Shown here: piece by piece, positions 59,013 through 64,000 of the stretch | How the letters are laid out: every line of letters begins with the position of its first letter | How positions within the stretch are numbered: the stretch's first letter is position 1 | Made by a program: the position numbers and the translations under genes | Assembly (NCBI GenBank): GCA_016218925.1 | Contig: JACRCR010000080.1 | Coordinates: forward strand, 2,730-66,729 | From: Deltaproteobacteria bacterium | Lineage (GTDB): Bacteria; Desulfobacterota; Binatia; UBA1149; CAITLU01 | Reading direction: 5' to 3' | Length of the DNA: 64,000 nt | The notes under the pieces: generated by a model | Told to the model about the DNA's origin: nothing | The model's input: only the letters and a program-made list of their open reading frames with translations | Database searches by the model: none

Positions 59013-59897
59013 ATGTCGCTGGCTCTGGTGCTCAGCGGGAGCGTGGCGTTGATGCCGGCAAACGGCGCGGCCGCCGAGCATCTGAGTTCCGATGAGCCCG
59101 AAGCGTGGGCGATGTTCTACTTCACCTCCGTCACGCTGTTTTCGGGGCTTGGGACGCCGCGCCAGCGCGAACCGGGCTCCGTCGAAATGGCGCTCGAACT
59201 CGGCAACATTCCCCATCTCAGCACCGAGCAGCGCACGGTCGGCTTCGGGGGCACCAAGGTCGAGGACCTCAACAACTCTCCGCTCCTGGCGCGGCCCATC
59301 CTCACCGTCGGCCTGCCTTGGAGCCTCGCCCTGTCGCTGTCCTACGTCCCGCCGGTGAAGGTCTTCGGAGTGAGGCCGAACCTGCTGGCGATGGCGCTGG
59401 AGAGACCGCTGCTCATCCGCGGTCCCTGGACTGCCGGCGCGCGGCTGCACGGCCAGGTGGGATACACCAAGGGCTCGTTCACCTGCCCGAGCGGCGTCGC
59501 CGGGTTTCCTCCGGGGTCGGATGGGAATCCCTACGGCTGTGAGGCAACCTCCAACGACAAGGCGATACAGAACTACGTGGGGCTGGAACTGAGCGGGTCG
59601 TACCGCATCGACGCTCTCGGGGGTCTGGCTCCCTATCTCGCCGTCGGTGCCAACTATCTCGACACCGCCTTTCAGGTTCACGCCCAGACCTTCGGCGCAC
59701 CCGACCGAACCAAGCTGTCGGCGGACACCTGGACATTCTCGCTCGGCGCCGGGTTCGCATATCCGTTCGGCGACAATGCCAGCGTCAGCCTCGGCGTGTT
59801 CTACACGCCTTTGTGGGTCACGCGCCCGCCCGAGACTTCGCAGGAGCCCGACTCACTGATCAACGCGCGCACCCAATTCACGTACCGGATCCACTGA
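59013..59897 (+). CDS. secreted protein, possible small outer-membrane beta-barrel
   Basis: Signal peptide MSLALVLSGSVALMPANGAAA. Alternating hydrophobic beta-strand-like segments (WTFSLGAGFAY, VSLGVFYTPLWV). Confidence 0.45.
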   Translation: MSLALVLSGSVALMPANGAAAEHLSSDEPEAWAMFYFTSVTLFSGLGTPRQREPGSVEMALELGNIPHLSTEQRTVGFGGTKVEDLNNSPLLARPILTVGLPWSLALSLSYVPPVKVFGVRPNLLAMALERPLLIRGPWTAGARLHGQVGYTKGSFTCPSGVAGFPPGSDGNPYGCEATSNDKAIQNYVGLELSGSYRIDALGGLAPYLAVGANYLDTAFQVHAQTFGAPDRTKLSADTWTFSLGAGFAYPFGDNASVSLGVFYTPLWVTRPPETSQEPDSLINARTQFTYRIH

Positions 59898-59964
59898 GCG
59901 GATCAGGCTGCACACTTGTTCCGGGGCCGTGAGCCGTCGCGCTACCCATCGCGCCCGCGCGCCG

Positions 59965-60354
59965 CTACCGCGCGTGGCGGTACATCAGGTCGAGCAGTTC
60001 TTCGAGCATCGCGCCGCGCTGCGGGCCCTCCCCGGCCAGCGCCTGCGAGGCGCAGTGGCGCAGGTGGTTGCGCATCAGTTCGCGCGAGACCGCGCGCAGC
60101 GCCTCTTGCACCGAGGCGACCTGCACGACGATGTCGGCGCAGTAGCGTTCATCTTCGACCATGCGCTGAAGGCCGCGGATCTGTCCTTCGATGCGTCGCA
60201 GCCTTTTCAGTGCCGCAGTCTTGATGGCAACGTCGACCGCGTGGGCTTTCCTCGGCGTGGTCTCGTCGGACTTCTTCTTGGTAGCCGCGACATGGGCCTC
60301 GTGGGGCGCCCCGCTCTCGACGACGCTCCGCTTTGTGCTGGTCCTGGCGCTCAT
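59965..60354 (-). CDS. csoR: CsoR/RcnR-family metal-sensing transcriptional repressor (copper-sensing)
   Basis: DUF156 fold with the C-H-C ligand triad (ERYCADI … NHLRHC). The ATG at 60354 overlaps the copA stop (ATGA). Confidence 0.8.
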   Translation of the reverse strand: MSARTSTKRSVVESGAPHEAHVAATKKKSDETTPRKAHAVDVAIKTAALKRLRRIEGQIRGLQRMVEDERYCADIVVQVASVQEALRAVSRELMRNHLRHCASQALAGEGPQRGAMLEELLDLMYRHAR

Positions 60355-62927
60355 CCCTTCGCCTCCGCCGCGCGAAACCGGCCGAGCCTCAAACTGTTGG
60401 AGACCACACTGAACGAGCTCAGCGCCATCGCCGCACTCGCCAGAATGGGGCTGAGCAGCAACCCCAGGCTCGGGTAGAGCACTCCTGCCGCGATCGGTAT
60501 GCCGATGGCGTTGTAGGCGAAGGCCCAGAACAGGTTCTGGCGCATGACGCGCATCGTCCGGCGCGACAGCGCGATCGCGTCGGCCACGGCGGTAAGGTCC
60601 GCGCGCAGCAGCGTGATGTCGCCGGCTTCCAGCGCGACGTCGCTGCCGCTGCCCACCGCCATGCCCACATCGGCCTGGGCAAGCGCCGGAGCGTCGTTGA
60701 TTCCGTCGCCGACCATCGCGACCACGCATCCTTCGTGTTGGAGCCGCCGTACCGCGTCGACCTTGCCGGCCGGCAAGACTTCGGCGACGACCTCGTCGAT
60801 GCCGACCTCGCGCGCCACTGCGCCGGCGGTCACGCGATTGTCGCCGGTCAGCATCACCACTCGAAGTCCCATCGCGCGCAGGCGCGCGATCGCCGCCGGC
60901 GAAGTGGCGCGCACCGGGTCCGCGATTGCCAGCACCGCCTGCACCTGTCCGTCCACCACTACCGCGACGGCCGTGCGCGCGCTGGCCGCCACGCGCTCCA
61001 TCGTCGCAGCCGCCCAGGCATCCCCCAGCCGATCCGCTGCGCGGTCTTCGCCAAGATCCGCTGCGCGATCCACTCCACGATTCGCTGCGCGATCTTCACC
61101 ACGATCCGCTGCGCGATCCACTCTACGATCCGCTGCGCGATCTTCCGCGCGACTTGGGATGCCGGCGTCGGCCAGCAACGCTGCGTTGCCGACCGCCACG
61201 CGGCGGCCCGCAACACTGCCCGTCGCGCCTTTGCCGATCAGCGCTTCGAAGCCGGCGACGTCCTGAGGCGTCAGCTCCCGCTCCGCAGCATGATCGACAA
61301 CCGCTCGCGCCACCGGATGCTCGGACTTGCTCTCGAGAGACGCCGCGAGCCCGAGTGCTTCGTTCTGGCTGACGCGCGCGTTCGGCGACATCGCGACTTC
61401 CACCACCGAAGGTCTGCCGCGCGTGATGGTGCCGGTCTTGTCGACCACTACCACGCCGACCGCGTAGGCTCGCTGCAACGCCTGGCCGCCTTTGATCAGC
61501 ACTCCCAGTTGCGCGCCCTTGCCGGTGGCAACCATGACCGCGGTCGGCACCGCCAGCCCCATCGCGCAAGGACACGCGATGATCAGCACCGCCAGTGCCG
61601 CCGAAAACGCTCGCAGCGCACTTCCCTCGGCCAGCATCCCCCAAGCCGCCAGCGTCAGCAGCGACATCGCGATCACCGCCGGCACGAACACCGCACTGAT
61701 GCGGTCGGCCAGATCCTGGATCGGCGCGCGCGATCCCTGGGCTTCGCGCATCAGCCGCACGATCTGACCGAGCACACTGCGGGCTCCGATGGCGGTGGCC
61801 TTGAAGCGAAACGCGCCGGTGCCGTTGATGGTGCCTCCGGCAACGTGATCTCCCGCGTCCTTCACCACCGGCATCGGCTCTCCGGTCAGCATCGACTCGT
61901 CGACTGCGCTAGTGCCATCCATCACCAGCCCATCGACTGCGATGCGCTCGCCGGGGCGCACCACGATGATGTCGCCGAGGCGCACGTCGCCGACCGGAAG
62001 GTCCTTCTCGCCGTCCTTCAGAACCACCCGCGCGGTCTTTCCCTGCAAATCCAGCAGCCCGCGCAGTGCCCGCGTGGTGCGGCCCTTGGCCCTGGCTTCC
62101 AGAGTGTTCCCGACCAGGACCAAGGCCAGGATCATGATCACGGCCTCGTAGTAGACATCCGGCGACACTCCGCGCGCCGTGAAGAAGTCCGGAACGATGG
62201 TCGCCGCCAGCGAGTACGCGAAGGCCGCCAGCGTGCCGGTGGCGATGAGCGTGTTCATGTCGGCGTCGCGCCGCCGCAGCGCCGCCCACGCGCGCTGGTA
62301 GAAGTGACGGCCGGCAAAGACCATCACCACCACCGACAGCGCCAGCAACGCAAACGACAGCAGACGTGGCGACGCCGCGTAGAGCGCGGGCGCCAAGCGA
62401 CGCAGAGCCGGATCGAGCGTGTGCATCGACCAGCGCAGAAATGGATCGGCCATCTCGTGCGCCGGGTCGTGACCGCCAGACATCAGCGGCATCGACGCGA
62501 CCATCGCCAACGCACCGGCGATCGACGCGAACACCGCCTTGCGCAGCAACACCCCGAACTCGGCCGCCTGCGCTCTCTCCTGGGTTTGCTGCGCCTCGAC
62601 CGCCGAGACTCCGGGGTCGGGAAGCTCGGCCTGGTAGCCGGCCGCGCGGATCGTCTCGACCAGACCCTCAGCCGACGTCAGCGCCGGATCGAAGGCGACG
62701 TAGGCGTTCCTGGTCATCAGATTGACCGACGCGTTGGTGACTCCGGCCGCGCCGTCGAGCGCCTTCTGCACACGTGCCTGACATGACGCGCAACTCATGC
62801 CCGAAACCGGCAGCGTCACCTCAGCGATGGTGGCGGCGCGGGAACCCGCGAGCTTGCGCTCGGCCGCAGAGGCCGGGTCGCCCTCGATCTTCGCCGCGCC
62901 GACCGCGGCCGCACCGTCTGTAGCCAT
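60351..62927 (-). CDS. copA: copper-translocating P1B-type ATPase
   Basis: N-terminal HMA domain (GMSCASC), CPC (IACPCAMGL), [19 protein letters not shown]. The start could be at 62999 or 62927. Confidence 0.9.
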   Translation of the reverse strand: MATDGAAAVGAAKIEGDPASAAERKLAGSRAATIAEVTLPVSGMSCASCQARVQKALDGAAGVTNASVNLMTRNAYVAFDPALTSAEGLVETIRAAGYQAELPDPGVSAVEAQQTQERAQAAEFGVLLRKAVFASIAGALAMVASMPLMSGGHDPAHEMADPFLRWSMHTLDPALRRLAPALYAASPRLLSFALLALSVVVMVFAGRHFYQRAWAALRRRDADMNTLIATGTLAAFAYSLAATIVPDFFTARGVSPDVYYEAVIMILALVLVGNTLEARAKGRTTRALRGLLDLQGKTARVVLKDGEKDLPVGDVRLGDIIVVRPGERIAVDGLVMDGTSAVDESMLTGEPMPVVKDAGDHVAGGTINGTGAFRFKATAIGARSVLGQIVRLMREAQGSRAPIQDLADRISAVFVPAVIAMSLLTLAAWGMLAEGSALRAFSAALAVLIIACPCAMGLAVPTAVMVATGKGAQLGVLIKGGQALQRAYAVGVVVVDKTGTITRGRPSVVEVAMSPNARVSQNEALGLAASLESKSEHPVARAVVDHAAERELTPQDVAGFEALIGKGATGSVAGRRVAVGNAALLADAGIPSRAEDRAADRRVDRAADRGEDRAANRGVDRAADLGEDRAADRLGDAWAAATMERVAASARTAVAVVVDGQVQAVLAIADPVRATSPAAIARLRAMGLRVVMLTGDNRVTAGAVAREVGIDEVVAEVLPAGKVDAVRRLQHEGCVVAMVGDGINDAPALAQADVGMAVGSGSDVALEAGDITLLRADLTAVADAIALSRRTMRVMRQNLFWAFAYNAIGIPIAAGVLYPSLGLLLSPILASAAMALSSFSVVSNSLRLGRFRAAEAKG
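61031..61150. repeat. five tandem 24-bp repeats (gatccgctgcgcgatc-N8) inside copA, in frame, encoding (DRAADRxx)n
   Basis: Units at 61031, 61055, 61079, 61103 and 61127. They translate on the minus strand to [44 protein letters not shown], which sits within the nucleotide-binding domain. Confidence 0.8.
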
Positions 62928-63084
62928 CGCCGACTCCTTCGGGGCCGCCGCACGGCGCATACCCCCCACCCCTATAGGCGCCGAACCCGCGGCCGTCAAG
63001 CCGCGCCGGCAGGCGTGCGCAGAATCGCGACGCGGCGAGCCGCCGAAACAACTACGAAGATGGGGAAAAAGAGCCGCGCGCGCC

Positions 63085-63840
63085 TCAGGCGCCGCGCAGC
63101 ACCGAGCGCAGATAGTCGCGCTGCATGATCTGAATGTGCAGCGTCGAGATCTCCTTGGGGCAGACCGCCTCGCACTCGCCCTCGTTCGAGCATGCGCCGA
63201 AGCCTTCCTTCTGCATTTGGTCGACCATCCGCACCACCCGGCGATAGCGCTCGGGCTGGCCCTGCGGAAGGTAGGATAGCTGCCCGACCTTGGCGCTGAC
63301 GAACAGCACCGCCGAAGCGTTCTTGCACGCAGCCACGCATGCGCCGCAGCCGATGCACGCGGCCGCGTCGAAAGCCTTCTCGGCGATCTCCTTGCCGATC
63401 AGCAACTGGTTGCCGTCGGGCGCCGCGCCGGTATTGGCCGAGATGTAGCCGCCGGCCGCGATCATGCGATCGAAGGCGCCGCGGTCCACGCACAAGTCTT
63501 TGAGAACCGGGAACGCCTTGGCACGGAACGGCTCGACCACCAGCGTGTCGCCGTCGGTGAAGGCACGCATGAAGAGCTGGCAGGCGGTCTTGCCGGTGCC
63601 GGGACCGTGCGGAACGCCGTTGACCACGCAGCCGCACGAGCCGCAGATGCCCTCACGGCAGTCGGAATCGAAAGCCACGGTATCCTCGCCCGCGGCTACG
63701 AGTTGCTCGTTCAAGACGTCGAGCATCTCGACGAAAGACATGTCGGCCACGACGTTGCCGACGGTGTAGTCCACCAGCCGTCCTTCCTTGTCGGGAGAAG
63801 GCTGACGCCACACGCGGACTTTGACGGTCATCGTGCTCAT
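63085..63840 (-). CDS. sdhB: succinate dehydrogenase/fumarate reductase iron-sulfur subunit
   Basis: 2Fe-2S ([10 protein letters not shown]), 4Fe-4S ([11 protein letters not shown]) and 3Fe-4S ([12 protein letters not shown]) motifs. GAGGAAG RBS. Confidence 0.85.
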   Translation of the reverse strand: MSTMTVKVRVWRQPSPDKEGRLVDYTVGNVVADMSFVEMLDVLNEQLVAAGEDTVAFDSDCREGICGSCGCVVNGVPHGPGTGKTACQLFMRAFTDGDTLVVEPFRAKAFPVLKDLCVDRGAFDRMIAAGGYISANTGAAPDGNQLLIGKEIAEKAFDAAACIGCGACVAACKNASAVLFVSAKVGQLSYLPQGQPERYRRVVRMVDQMQKEGFGACSNEGECEAVCPKEISTLHIQIMQRDYLRSVLRGA

Positions 63841-63866
63841 GGTCCGGACTTCCTCGATTCCTCGTC

Positions 63867-64000
63867 CTACTTGTAGTTACGCTGCTTGAGTTCGGCCGAC
63901 TTGAACTCGAGCGGTTCCTTGTGCAACGCGGGCTCCTGGTCGCGCCCCTTGAACTCCCACGCTGCCACGTAGGCGTACTCGGCGTCGTTGCGCTGACACT
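63867..64000 (-). CDS. sdhA: succinate dehydrogenase/fumarate reductase flavoprotein subunit, C-terminal end only (5' part outside window)
   Basis: The minus-strand frame reads …AEYAYVAAWEFKGRDQEPALHKEPLEFKSAELKQRNYK*, a typical SdhA C-terminus. The stop lies 26 nt upstream of sdhB. Confidence 0.7.
   Translation of the reverse strand, partial: CQRNDAEYAYVAAWEFKGRDQEPALHKEPLEFKSAELKQRNYK

Noticed and set aside
61031-61150. A possible CRISPR array (regular 24-bp repeats).
   Set aside because: The repeats are directly adjacent with no spacers. They are in frame inside copA and only 24 bp long, so they are a coding tandem repeat and not CRISPR.
60333-62786. An 817-aa plus-strand ORF antisense to copA.
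   Set aside because: Shadow ORF. The minus strand encodes a textbook P1B-ATPase with HMA, CPC and DKTGT motifs.

Overview
High-GC (~68-70%) bacterial chromosomal window. The recurring Cys-rich repeat CGDG…GE.CDDGN in two large secreted proteins (27621-29783 and 50454-53633) suggests Myxococcota; this is inference. The ORF track's 'M' can be GTG or TTG, and several GTG/TTG starts were read directly from the nucleotides. Reported CDS coordinates include the stop codon, which was checked on apbE.

Ordinary metabolic and housekeeping genes, left to right:
- 1-10819: fatty-acid/acyl-CoA cluster. A 4-hydroxybutyrate/acetyl-CoA transferase-family gene runs off the window start. Then come an esterase, a methyltransferase, three acyl-CoA dehydrogenases, a MaoC double-hotdog protein, tesB, and one conserved unknown overlapping an acyl-CoA dehydrogenase.
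- 10871-12420: cysE and a GNAT acetyltransferase.
- 17441-18733: a rhomboid protease and a VOC/glyoxalase protein.
- 22677-26808: an ArsB/NhaD permease, rlmI and an aldehyde dehydrogenase.
- 30161-42682: a twelve-gene Alternative Complex III (actABCDEF) / unknown single-TM ORF / SCO1 / caa3 oxidase (coxBAC plus subunit IV) super-operon with chained overlapping stop/start codons.
- 42735-48342: DJ-1/PfpI, a ChaN-like lipoprotein with a C-terminal tandem repeat, efp, an MBL hydrolase, a GST and an MscS channel.
- 63085-64000: sdhB and the 3' end of sdhA.

Regions that look accessory or unusual:
1. 13426-17327: a four-gene, translationally coupled operon. It encodes an outer-membrane beta-barrel-like protein, a periplasmic FMN-binding protein carrying a canonical ApbE flavinylation motif (..NITGATLS..), ApbE itself, and a His-rich four-TM membrane protein. 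I read this as a candidate flavin-based trans-envelope electron-transfer module.
2. 18799-22637: a radical SAM/SPASM enzyme sits directly upstream of a secreted dockerin-like / hemagglutinin-repeat protein. A TPR membrane protein resembling a PMT/TMTC O-mannosyltransferase is divergent from them.
3. 48343-50105: a small toxin-antitoxin islet. It holds an orphan PIN toxin and a Phd-like antitoxin with a zeta-like P-loop toxin, with a GC-poor promoter/operator between them.
4. 55218-58789: a three-gene redox operon in which a stand-alone cNMP-binding domain (no HTH) lies between two flavoproteins.
5. 59965-62927: a csoR-copA copper operon. copA carries an in-frame 5 x 24-bp tandem repeat encoding (DRAADRxx)n.

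Also noted: a terminator-like hairpin with a U-tract lies only 13 nt upstream of actA.

No rRNA, tRNA, CRISPR arrays, transposases or integrases were recognised in the window.
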